DNA of 41,474 bases from a virus (taxonomy: Duplodnaviria; Heunggongvirae; Uroviricota; Caudoviricetes), in the IMG/VR virus record IMGVR_UViG_2563366877_000003, positions 1 through 41,474 of that record. One strand, 5' to 3'. Below the pieces are notes generated by a model. It was not told where the DNA came from, searched no databases, and saw only the letters and a program-made list of their open reading frames with translations. Shown here piece after piece: positions 34,669 to 41,474 of this stretch (the first letter of the stretch is position 1; the number at the start of each line of letters is the position of its first letter). A program made the position numbers and the translations under genes.

Positions 34669-34979
34669 GGATAAAGCAGCAAGTGTTTATACCCGGCATA
34701 GTAGTCGCTGTTGTAATCATCTGCTTCATATGGGCAAAGTTATCTCCTGTAAGCTCTAAGCATACAGCTGAACTCATGAAGAAGAAGCATCTTATACATG
34801 AGGCAGAATCGATAATTAAAAAGTTCAAAGGCATGTCATACGACGACATGTCATCAGAGCAGATTGCTATGTATAAATGCGCCATTGAGCGTCTTGACTA
34901 CTTAAACGGACTCAAACCCAAACACACCCCAGTAGAATCAAAATTGCCGCAATGGCCAAGCAATCCAAATAGCTTCTGA
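34665..34979 (+). CDS. Small single-pass membrane protein apparently co-transcribed with cI (rex/sie position)
   Basis: 104-codon ORF beginning with TTG overlapping the cI stop (TTGA), or GTG at 34683; hydrophobic segment FIPGIVVAVVIICFIWA then charged domain; followed by a terminator. Confidence 0.4.
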   Translation: MRIKQQVFIPGIVVAVVIICFIWAKLSPVSSKHTAELMKKKHLIHEAESIIKKFKGMSYDDMSSEQIAMYKCAIERLDYLNGLKPKHTPVESKLPQWPSNPNSF

Positions 34980-34990
34980 CATCTCCTTTC

Positions 34991-35013
34991 AGCCCGCAAA
35001 GCGGGCTTTTTTA
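34991..35013 (+). terminator. Intrinsic terminator ending the cI transcript
   Basis: AGCCCGC-AAA-GCGGGCT followed by TTTTTTAT. Confidence 0.65.
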
Positions 35014-35032
35014 TATCAATCCAAAAAATTAA

Positions 35033-35115
35033 TTACCTGAAAATTCAAGCAGGTAAACTCTTACATCAATTTTATTTACCTACAGGTATAGACAGCTGTT
35101 TTACCTGTAGGTATA
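35033..35115. promoter_or_regulatory. Left operator region (OL)
   Basis: TTTACCTACAGGTATA (35075..35090) and TTTACCTGTAGGTATA (35100..35115), plus TTACCTG-N10-CAGGTAA (35033..35056); same half-site as OR. Confidence 0.6.
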
Positions 35116-35125
35116 TTTTAGGCCA
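35089..35125 (+). promoter_or_regulatory. Early leftward promoter pL
   Basis: TAGACA (35089..35094), 17-bp spacer, TATATT (35112..35117); sequence from about 35125 (ATCAGCAGGACGCACTGACC) matches the lambda pL transcript start. Confidence 0.6.
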
Positions 35126-35157
35126 TCAGCAGGACGCACTGACCACCATGAAGGTGA

Positions 35158-35188
35158 TGCTCTTAAAAATTAAGCCCTGAAGAAGGGC
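35158..35188 (+). promoter_or_regulatory. nutL site (boxA and boxB)
   Basis: boxA TGCTCTTAA (35158..35166) and boxB hairpin GCCCTGAAGAAGGGC (35174..35188), as in lambda nutL. Confidence 0.8.
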
Positions 35189-35345
35189 AGCATTCAAAGC
35201 AGAAGGCTTTGGTGTGTGTGATACGAAACGAAGCATTGGCCGGAAGTGCGAATCCGGATTAGCTGTCAATGTGCCATTGCTGGGTGTTTTCGTTCAGGAC
35301 TACGACTCCCACACACAACCAAAGCTAACTGACAGGAGAATCCAG

Positions 35346-35672
35346 ATGGATGCACAAACACGCCGCCGCGAACGTCGCGCAGAGAAACAGGCTCAATGGA
35401 AAGCAGCAAATCCCCTGTTGGTTGGGGTAAGCGCAAAACCAGTTAACCGCCCTATTCTCTCGCTGAATCGCAAACCGAAATCACGAGTAGAAAGCGCACT
35501 GAATCCGATAGACCTTACAGTGCTGGCTGAATACCACGAACAGATTGAAAGCAACCTGCAACGTATTGAGCGCAAGAATCAGCGCACATGGTACAGCAAG
35601 CCACGCAGTGAAATGGGTGTGACTTGTGTTGGTCGCCAGAAAATGAAATTAGGCAGCAAGCCACTTATTTGA
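35346..35672 (+). CDS. N: Antiterminator N
   Basis: From internal ATG 35346: MDAQTRRRERRAEKQAQWKAANPLLVGVSAKPVNRPILSLNRKPKSRVESALNPIDLTVLAEYH..., matches lambda N; the ORF-track start is a GTG extension. Confidence 0.9.
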   Translation: MDAQTRRRERRAEKQAQWKAANPLLVGVSAKPVNRPILSLNRKPKSRVESALNPIDLTVLAEYHEQIESNLQRIERKNQRTWYSKPRSEMGVTCVGRQKMKLGSKPLI

Positions 35673-35683
35673 GAGGAATTAAT

Positions 35684-36307
35684 ATGTCATCAATCCGCTT
35701 AACTACGAGAATGAAAGAGGAAATCGCTCGTAACGCTTTAATTAAGTCTGGGGTTTTCACTGAACTTGAAGAAGTAACAAAGTTAAAGAACCAGCTTGCA
35801 CTTGACGCCAGAGTTATTGCGTTTGGCGGTAAAAAGAAAACTGAGGAAGTGGATCAGTTATCATCTAAGTTTGTAGCTATAAGTGAAGAACTTGAAAAGA
35901 TGGGATGTTCATTTTACTCATACGATTTTCGTTCTACTTCAATTTATCTGACTGTATCTGGCAGAAGGGTTGGATGGCATTCATATGGGAAAGACGGCAA
36001 CGGCGAAGATATATTTCTCCCTACTCCAACCAAAGATAAATGCATGTTTGACGCAGAACACGAAATAACAAAAAGGTTTGATGAAATCTGCGCATTGCAA
36101 CAAAAACTTGAAGCCAAGAAAAAGGATATCGAATCAAATGTATGGGCTGCTTTAAACTCAGTCACAACAGTTAAGCGACTCATTGAAGTTTGGCCTGAAA
36201 GCAAAGAATTGCTACCAAAAGAAGCAGATAAAGCAAGTACAGCACTTCCTGCTTTACGGGTAGAGGATTTGAATAAGATGATTGGACTTCCTTCCGAGGC
36301 CGCATAG
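35684..36307 (+). CDS. Hypothetical early-left protein immediately downstream of N
   Basis: 207 aa from ATG 35684 with GAGAGGA upstream; soluble, Lys/Glu-rich; no recognised motif. Confidence 0.5.
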   Translation: MSSIRLTTRMKEEIARNALIKSGVFTELEEVTKLKNQLALDARVIAFGGKKKTEEVDQLSSKFVAISEELEKMGCSFYSYDFRSTSIYLTVSGRRVGWHSYGKDGNGEDIFLPTPTKDKCMFDAEHEITKRFDEICALQQKLEAKKKDIESNVWAALNSVTTVKRLIEVWPESKELLPKEADKASTALPALRVEDLNKMIGLPSEAA

Positions 36308-36323
36308 TCGGCCTTTATTTTTG
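36297..36323 (+). terminator. Intrinsic terminator (tL1-like)
   Basis: AGGCCG-CATAGT-CGGCCT followed by TTATTTTTGG. Confidence 0.6.
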
Positions 36324-36441
36324 GCATAAACAACAGAATAAACACAGCACTGTGTATTCATTCCAACGAGTGAATACACGGAGCAATGTCGCTCGTAACT
36401 AAACAGGAGCCGACTTGTTCTGATTATTGGAAATCTTCTTT

Positions 36442-36468
36442 GCCCTCCGATGTGAGGGCAATTTTTTT
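36442..36468 (+). terminator. Intrinsic terminator
   Basis: GCCCTC-CGATGT-GAGGGC followed by AATTTTTTT, just before the next gene's GGAGG and ATG. Confidence 0.6.
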
Positions 36469-36480
36469 GACGGAGGATAT

Positions 36481-36792
36481 ATGAAATTACGTGTCTGGCA
36501 TATCCCGCAAGTACCTATGAAGCCGTTCATTGTAGAAGTGGCAAGTGTTGAAGAGGGTGTTCGCCTGATGGACGCACTGGCTGATTATGATGCCTTTCAG
36601 TATGACAACAACATCAAGCCTGACTACTGCAATGCTAACGGCCTTGAGATGTGGGATGAGAGCCTTACTGATGAAGATTTATCAGAGATGGGGCTTACGG
36701 ATCGCTGGGTAGATTGGTACAGCGAATGCCAATGTTACGACGACCCACGTAAATATCTCGAAAGCCTGAAAGAAGAAACATCAGCCGCCTAA
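36481..36792 (+). CDS. Small acidic hypothetical protein
   Basis: 103 aa from ATG 36481 (MKLRVWHIPQVPMKPF...), GGAGG upstream; rich in Asp/Glu. Confidence 0.5.
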   Translation: MKLRVWHIPQVPMKPFIVEVASVEEGVRLMDALADYDAFQYDNNIKPDYCNANGLEMWDESLTDEDLSEMGLTDRWVDWYSECQCYDDPRKYLESLKEETSAA

Positions 36793-36867
36793 GCGCGGCT
36801 TTACCGCATACCAATAACGCTTCACTCGAGGCGTTTTCGTTATGCAATCAAATATAAGGAGTTACCC

Positions 36868-37002
36868 ATGATGCACTTTCAGCTCGCGGGTAGCGGCGTC
36901 ATGTCCGCTTTCTACCCGCACGAATCTGAATTATCACGCCGAGTTAAACAATTAATCAGAGCAGCAAAGAAACAACTGGAGGCGTTATGCGCAATGAAAT
37001 AG
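36868..37002 (+). CDS. cIII: CIII-like small protein (FtsH inhibitor family)
   Basis: 44 codons MMHFQLAGSGVMSAFYPHESELSRRVKQLIRAAKKQL..., AAGGAG 6 nt upstream; resembles lambda CIII (MQYAIAGWPVAGCPSESLLERITRKLRDGW). Below ORF-track cutoff. Confidence 0.5.
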   Translation: MMHFQLAGSGVMSAFYPHESELSRRVKQLIRAAKKQLEALCAMK

Positions 37003-37139
37003 CCATCAATCACCAGATGCTTCGTGCAGCACAAAACAAAGCAGTAATAGCCAGATTTATTGGTGATTCAAAAATGTGGCTTGAAGCAAATAAAGCGATG
37101 AAATCAGCTATCAACCTTCCGTGGTATCGCAGGAAATGA
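36987..37139 (+). CDS. Kil-like small protein
   Basis: 50 codons, GGAGG upstream; IARFIGDSKMW resembles what I recall of lambda Kil; position after cIII fits. Confidence 0.4.
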   Translation: MRNEIAINHQMLRAAQNKAVIARFIGDSKMWLEANKAMKSAINLPWYRRK

Positions 37140-37294
37140 GTTTTACAGATAACTGGTCAGACGAAGAATTCATTCGTCAGATGAAAGAATTAATCGGTAA
37201 CGAAGGAGATATTCATGTCACTTGCAACCACAGTGAAGGAGAGCAAGTTACAGAGACGCATGTACACGCAGAAAGCTCTCTGGTATCGCCATAA
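37136..37294 (+). CDS. Small acidic hypothetical ORF
   Basis: 52 codons with ATGA overlap to the previous ORF. Confidence 0.25.
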   Translation: MSFTDNWSDEEFIRQMKELIGNEGDIHVTCNHSEGEQVTETHVHAESSLVSP

Positions 37295-37395
37295 TGGTGA
37301 CCGCGAAGGAATGCGGGTATGCCTTAATTTGTCCCGAGTCGAAGTATTAAATCAGCGTTATTTCCTTGGGCCGTGTCCATTCTGAGAACAATCAT

Positions 37396-38001
37396 ATGAG
37401 CAAAGAATTTTACGCAAGACTGGCAGCTATTCAGGAGAATCTGAACGCGCCAAAGAATCAGTACAACTCATTCGGCAAATATAAATACAGAAGCTGCGAA
37501 GATATTCTTGAAGGCGTTAAGCCGTTACTGAATGGTCTGTTTTTATCAATCAGCGATGAAGTTGTGTTGATTGGTGATCGGTATTACGTGAAAGCCACGG
37601 CAACTATTACCGATGGCGAAAACAGTCATACGGCAACCGCCCTTGCACGAGAGGAAGAAAGCAAGAAAGGAATGGATTCTGCACAAGTTACTGGAGCTAC
37701 AAGCTCTTATGCACGCAAGTATTGCCTCAATGGTTTGTTCGGCATAGATGATGCGAAAGATGCAGATACAGACGAGCATAAACATCAGCAGAACGCAGCA
37801 GCAAAGCAATCAAAACCATCACCTACACCTGAACAGGTTCTAAAAGCATTCACTGACGCAGCATTGCAGAAAAACACCGTGGAAGAGCTTAAACAGGCGT
37901 TCGCCAAAGCGTGGAAGATGCTCGAAGGCACACCGGAGCAGCACAAAGCGCAGGACGTTTACAACATCAGACGAGACGAATTAGAAGGAGCGGCTGCTTA
38001 A
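37396..38001 (+). CDS. erf: Erf single-strand annealing recombinase
   Basis: From ATG 37396: MSKEFYARLAAIQENLNAPKNQYNSFGKYKYRSCEDILEGVKPLL..., closely matches recalled P22 Erf. Confidence 0.85.
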   Translation: MSKEFYARLAAIQENLNAPKNQYNSFGKYKYRSCEDILEGVKPLLNGLFLSISDEVVLIGDRYYVKATATITDGENSHTATALAREEESKKGMDSAQVTGATSSYARKYCLNGLFGIDDAKDADTDEHKHQQNAAAKQSKPSPTPEQVLKAFTDAALQKNTVEELKQAFAKAWKMLEGTPEQHKAQDVYNIRRDELEGAAA

Positions 38002-38384
38002 TGGCACATTCGATTACTGTAAGACTAAACAAGCCCGCAAGAGAGTTTCAGGCCGGGGAAAATATCGGATTCAACATCCGTGCTGGCGTTCAGTATTACG
38101 ATCGCCAGACAAAAAAGAAAGAATGGACAAACTACAGAGCCGTTGTATTTGCCAAGCCGGGAGCGCAAGCGGATTACTACCGTAGCGTTCTTGTTGAAGG
38201 TGGCATTGTTGAAATTACCGGAGAAAACATCAGGGTTGATGTTTATCAGGGGCAAAATGGTCAATCAATCACTCTTGAATTACTGAATTCAAAGATTGGA
38301 TTTGCAACTTCAGGAAACAGCCAACAGCAACAAAGCAGTAACCAGCAGAACACTCCTGTATACGACGATTCCATCCCATTCTGA
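38001..38384 (+). CDS. SSB-like single-stranded DNA-binding protein
   Basis: 127 aa, start overlaps erf stop (TAATG); Gln-rich linker and C-terminal DDSIPF, the acidic tail typical of bacterial SSB. Confidence 0.6.
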   Translation: MAHSITVRLNKPAREFQAGENIGFNIRAGVQYYDRQTKKKEWTNYRAVVFAKPGAQADYYRSVLVEGGIVEITGENIRVDVYQGQNGQSITLELLNSKIGFATSGNSQQQQSSNQQNTPVYDDSIPF

Positions 38385-38407
38385 TTTAGAAAAATAAGGA
38401 TTCCATT

Positions 38408-38701
38408 ATGCCAGCGCCTCTGTATGGTGCGGATGACGCGCGCCGCTGTTCCGGCAATTCCGTATCGGAGGTGCTGGATAAATTCAGAAAAAACTACGAC
38501 CTGATAATGTCGCTACCGCAGGAAACGAAAGAGGAAAAGGAATTTCGCCATTGTATATGGCTTGCAGAGAAAGAAGAACGCGAGCGAATTTACCAGACAT
38601 CAATCCGACCATTCCACAAAGCCACATATACCCACTTCCCTGAAATTGACCCGCGCCTGCGTAATTACCGCTCACGCTATGGCGCTATCAGTAATGACTG
38701 A
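38408..38701 (+). CDS. Hypothetical protein
   Basis: 97-aa ORF with AAGGA upstream. Confidence 0.4.
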   Translation: MPAPLYGADDARRCSGNSVSEVLDKFRKNYDLIMSLPQETKEEKEFRHCIWLAEKEERERIYQTSIRPFHKATYTHFPEIDPRLRNYRSRYGAISND

Positions 38702-38711
38702 GGAATTTACC

Positions 38712-38894
38712 ATGAGAGGACTTGCATACAATCCCGGCATTCTTCCGGCAGAAATGATTATTCGCCAACGCGTAAAGCCAATGCCATCGAGAGAGGAATT
38801 GCTAAAGAGAAATTCTTTTCCGTCAGTGAATCAAAACAAATATCTGAATGCGATGTGGCGGAGTGGGAAAAATGAAACAAATGACACTAATTGA
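38712..38894 (+). CDS. Small hypothetical ORF
   Basis: 60 codons from ATG 38712 with GAGGAA upstream; in frame with ORF-track entry 38562..38894. Confidence 0.25.
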   Translation: MRGLAYNPGILPAEMIIRQRVKPMPSREELLKRNSFPSVNQNKYLNAMWRSGKNETNDTN

Positions 38895-39372
38895 GATGGA
38901 TGGATTTCTGAAAGGTAAATGCATCCCATGTGATTTAAAGGTTAACGAAACAAACGCTGAATATCTTGTGCGTAAATTTGCTGAAGCGGAGGCCAAGATT
39001 TCAGCTCTGTCCGAAGACCAACAGAAAGCGATTGAATCAATTAAGCAGGCTGATTCGGCTGTTAAGTTGGCACACGAGAAGTTTTCGGCGCTGGCAGCGG
39101 AGAATGCAAAGCTGAAGAAGTTCTGCAAAGACGCTGCATTCGATGCCGATTACGAAGCAGAGCTAGGTATGGAGAGAGGTGGATTCAGTGATGCACTTAA
39201 CGAAATCAAAACCCCGGCCACCGACGCATTCCTTGCTGAAATTGAACGCAAAGCAATCCGCAAGTTCATTAACAGCATTGAACACATCCTGCGTGACAAG
39301 TTGTCACCGTATGACACCGAAGAGATGCTTGAGGCTATGCGTATTTTTCTGGAAGAACAGGAAGGTGAGTAA
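38872..39372 (+). CDS. Hypothetical coiled-coil protein
   Basis: From ATG 38872 ([12 protein letters not shown]...), GGAG upstream. Confidence 0.45.
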   Translation: MKQMTLIEMDGFLKGKCIPCDLKVNETNAEYLVRKFAEAEAKISALSEDQQKAIESIKQADSAVKLAHEKFSALAAENAKLKKFCKDAAFDADYEAELGMERGGFSDALNEIKTPATDAFLAEIERKAIRKFINSIEHILRDKLSPYDTEEMLEAMRIFLEEQEGE

Positions 39373-39374
39373 AA

Positions 39375-39692
39375 ATGACGATCACAAAACAACGTGTAGA
39401 AGAAATCATATCCCGTATTGAAATGTATGGGCATGGTGCCGGGTATACCGCTGATGAGGTTTATGACCTTGCTGTACTGGCGCTGAATTTATCAAATATC
39501 GCAAAACTCAAGCGATACGAGCTTGATATGGATGGTTGTGACTCGTTCGGTCAGGATTGTGGCGCTGACATGACTGAAGATTCTGATGGCGATTATGTCC
39601 TGTTTGATGACGTGGTTAAGTTGTTTGAGTTTGATACAACCACTCAGAAGTTAGAAAGCCCAGCAAAGGAGGCAGCCAGTGAGCGAAATTAA
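39375..39692 (+). CDS. Hypothetical acidic protein
   Basis: 105-aa ORF tightly packed after the previous gene. Confidence 0.45.
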   Translation: MTITKQRVEEIISRIEMYGHGAGYTADEVYDLAVLALNLSNIAKLKRYELDMDGCDSFGQDCGADMTEDSDGDYVLFDDVVKLFEFDTTTQKLESPAKEAASERN

Positions 39693-40482
39693 CTATCAGG
39701 CACTGCGCGAGGCGGCAGAGAAAGCAACGTGTGGCGAGTGGTCGCTCGAATATGGAGATGGCCGATTTGATGGTGATGATGCACTAATTCATCGTGAAGT
39801 TGCTGGATATATTCCCATTTGCAGAATTGAAGGAGCGCATCCTGAAAGCGGTTTCGATGAAGATTTCCAAACTGAACAGCAGGCCAATGCTGAATTCATC
39901 GCCGCAGCCAATCCGGCTACTGTGCTGGCGCTTCTGGATGAACGGGAAAGAAACCAGCAATACATCAAACGCCGCGACCAGGAGAACGAGGAAATTGCGC
40001 TAACGGTAGGGAAGCTGCGTGTTGAGCTGGAAGCAGCAAATAAGCGCATAGCAGAACTGGAAGCCGAACCTGTAAGCCAAGCTTACAACTTGGCAGAATT
40101 AATCGAAGGCATGGAAGTTTCCATTGATGTAAGCACTTGTGATGCTGATTTAGGTAATCGCTATTTCGGCACCGTCACCGAGGCGTTAGAACTTGATACG
40201 GCCAAGAATGGTTACATCCTCCTGGTTCAGGACGCAGAGCCAAACTTCGATGTAAATGGCAACTCTCCGGTAACTCCGGATGGTTGGATAAGTTGTAGTG
40301 ATCTAATGCCGGAAGACACCAAAATGTTACTGGCATTTAGTCAAGGTGAAATCGTGGCAGCATATTGGAACTGGGTTGTAAATCCAATTGATTACAAAAA
40401 ATATAGAGCTTTCACGTATTTATCAGGAAATATCTTGGATGACGTAACTCACTGGATGCCGCTACCAGAGCCTCCACTTTGA
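39679..40482 (+). CDS. Ead/Ea22-like protein
   Basis: N-terminus MSEINYQALREAAEKATCGEW and C-terminal ...THWMPLPEPP resemble the Ead/Ea22 family of lambdoid prophages (from memory). Confidence 0.55.
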   Translation: MSEINYQALREAAEKATCGEWSLEYGDGRFDGDDALIHREVAGYIPICRIEGAHPESGFDEDFQTEQQANAEFIAAANPATVLALLDERERNQQYIKRRDQENEEIALTVGKLRVELEAANKRIAELEAEPVSQAYNLAELIEGMEVSIDVSTCDADLGNRYFGTVTEALELDTAKNGYILLVQDAEPNFDVNGNSPVTPDGWISCSDLMPEDTKMLLAFSQGEIVAAYWNWVVNPIDYKKYRAFTYLSGNILDDVTHWMPLPEPPL

Positions 40483-40578
40483 AAGCGAAGCTTATACATA
40501 TCTTTTACATCAGCAATCTATTGTTAATCTCCAATCAATGTTACGTTGTCATCTCACTCATGCTTTGGAGGTAGTGAT

Positions 40579-40758
40579 ATGTCTTGTCCAAAATGCGGTT
40601 CTGGAAATATTGCAAAAGAAAAAACAATGCGTGGATGGTCTGGTGATTATGTGTGCTGCGATTGCGGATACAACGACTCTAAAGACGCATTTGGAGAGCG
40701 TGGTAAAAACGAATTTGTCAAAATTAATAAAGAACGCGAAGGCAACGAAAAAAGCTAA
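40579..40758 (+). CDS. Small zinc-ribbon protein
   Basis: From internal start MSCPKCGSGN...; CPxCG and CCDCG cysteine pairs. Confidence 0.4.
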   Translation: MSCPKCGSGNIAKEKTMRGWSGDYVCCDCGYNDSKDAFGERGKNEFVKINKEREGNEKS

Positions 40759-40823
40759 TTTATTTATTCATATATGAAAACAATGTAACCAATATTCGAA
40801 TTGAAGAACTGAAAGAACACCAA

Positions 40824-40847
40824 GCCGCCTGATGGCGGTTTTTTATT
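40824..40847 (+). terminator. Hairpin plus T-run
   Basis: GCCGCC-TGAT-GGCGG followed by TTTTTTATT. Confidence 0.5.
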
Positions 40848-40858
40848 GGAGACAAGAA

Positions 40859-41203
40859 ATGTCAGATTTGGCTATGAAGATTTTGAAATGGCAATCGACT
40901 GGCGATGTCGGCATCAGTAGCGCAACTCTTGCCTCAATCGCATGTGGCCTGAAAAAGAATATCTATGGTCATCACTTCGGCGCTCCCCATGACGCAGCAG
41001 ACTTTCGGCGATGCGTTGCACTTGTTGAGCAGATTCCAGAAATCAGAGATTCATTCGACAAGGTTGCAAAGCGCGTTCCGGCATTCAAAGGCATCCTCAA
41101 CGAATGGGATTCCCTAGTTGCTCTGTTGAAGTCTGAAATGAAGATACACGGAAACAAAGCACCAGAGACTTACAGAAGAATCAGCGAGCTACGCAATGAC
41201 TAA
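40859..41203 (+). CDS. Hypothetical protein
   Basis: From ATG 40859 (MSDLAMKILKWQ...). Confidence 0.45.
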   Translation: MSDLAMKILKWQSTGDVGISSATLASIACGLKKNIYGHHFGAPHDAADFRRCVALVEQIPEIRDSFDKVAKRVPAFKGILNEWDSLVALLKSEMKIHGNKAPETYRRISELRND

Positions 41204-41242
41204 CCCGCCTCACACTCGATGAGGCCTGTTCATATCTGATAG

Positions 41243-41267
41243 AGCCGCTATATGGCGGTTTATTTTT
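41243..41267 (+). terminator. Hairpin plus T-run
   Basis: GCCGC-TATAT-GGCGG followed by TTTATTTTT. Confidence 0.45.
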
Positions 41268-41282
41268 GCCTGGAGAATTAAG

Positions 41283-41474
41283 ATGACCGATACCAACCTG
41301 ATTCCTGAGAAAGAAGTGATGAACAAGCTCGGTGTTTCATCACGTCAGACAATCTGGAACTATACCAAACGGCATGGATTTCCGAAGCCAGTCAGAACCC
41401 ACCCCAAATCATACCTTCGTGAAGCTGTTGAAGGGTGGATTCTTAACGGTGGCGTTAATCAGAAATGCTCCTGA
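41283..41474 (+). CDS. AlpA-family excisionase / transcriptional regulator (Xis-like)
   Basis: 63 aa ending at the window edge; HTH-like LGVSSRQTIWNYTKRHGFPKP; position suggests int lies just beyond the window. Confidence 0.55.
   Translation: MTDTNLIPEKEVMNKLGVSSRQTIWNYTKRHGFPKPVRTHPKSYLREAVEGWILNGGVNQKCS

Overview
The window is almost entirely one mosaic lambdoid prophage of the P22-like type, lying next to the host gene dacD (1..1173, minus strand). All calls rest on reading the supplied ORF translations and sequence by eye and on recalled protein families; no searches were run. Running from the dacD side: an O-antigen serotype-conversion operon gtrA-gtrB plus an AT-rich gtrC-type gene (1963..5028); a tailspike with a P22-type N-terminus (5171..6961); an orphan mnt repressor; P22-type ejection proteins gp16/gp20/gp7; gp14 split by an IS3-family (IS629-like) element (11657..12966) with a 3-bp target duplication; tail needle gp26, gp10, gp4; coat, scaffold, portal and terminase; three small unknown genes; a lambda-type lysis cassette S-R-Rz/Rz1; the lambda pR'-tR' late control region and Q; a lambda-type nin region carrying an inserted HNH homing endonuclease next to a Dam-family methyltransferase; P22-type replication genes (DnaB helicase, O-like initiator with internal iterons); an immunity region (cII-like, cro-like, cI with TTTACC-N4-GGTAAA operators) that switches to lambda sequence exactly at the pL start site; lambda N with nutL; small early-left genes; erf plus an SSB-like gene; an ea-type accessory cluster; and an AlpA/Xis-like gene at the window edge. 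Integrase and the other attachment site must lie beyond 41474. No rRNA, tRNA, CRISPR array or Shiga toxin genes were seen. I did not find a recognisable multi-gene defence system; the best candidates for uncharacterised function are a small membrane protein apparently co-transcribed with cI (34665..34979), two unknown genes just downstream of N (35684..36792), and the HNH/methyltransferase pair.
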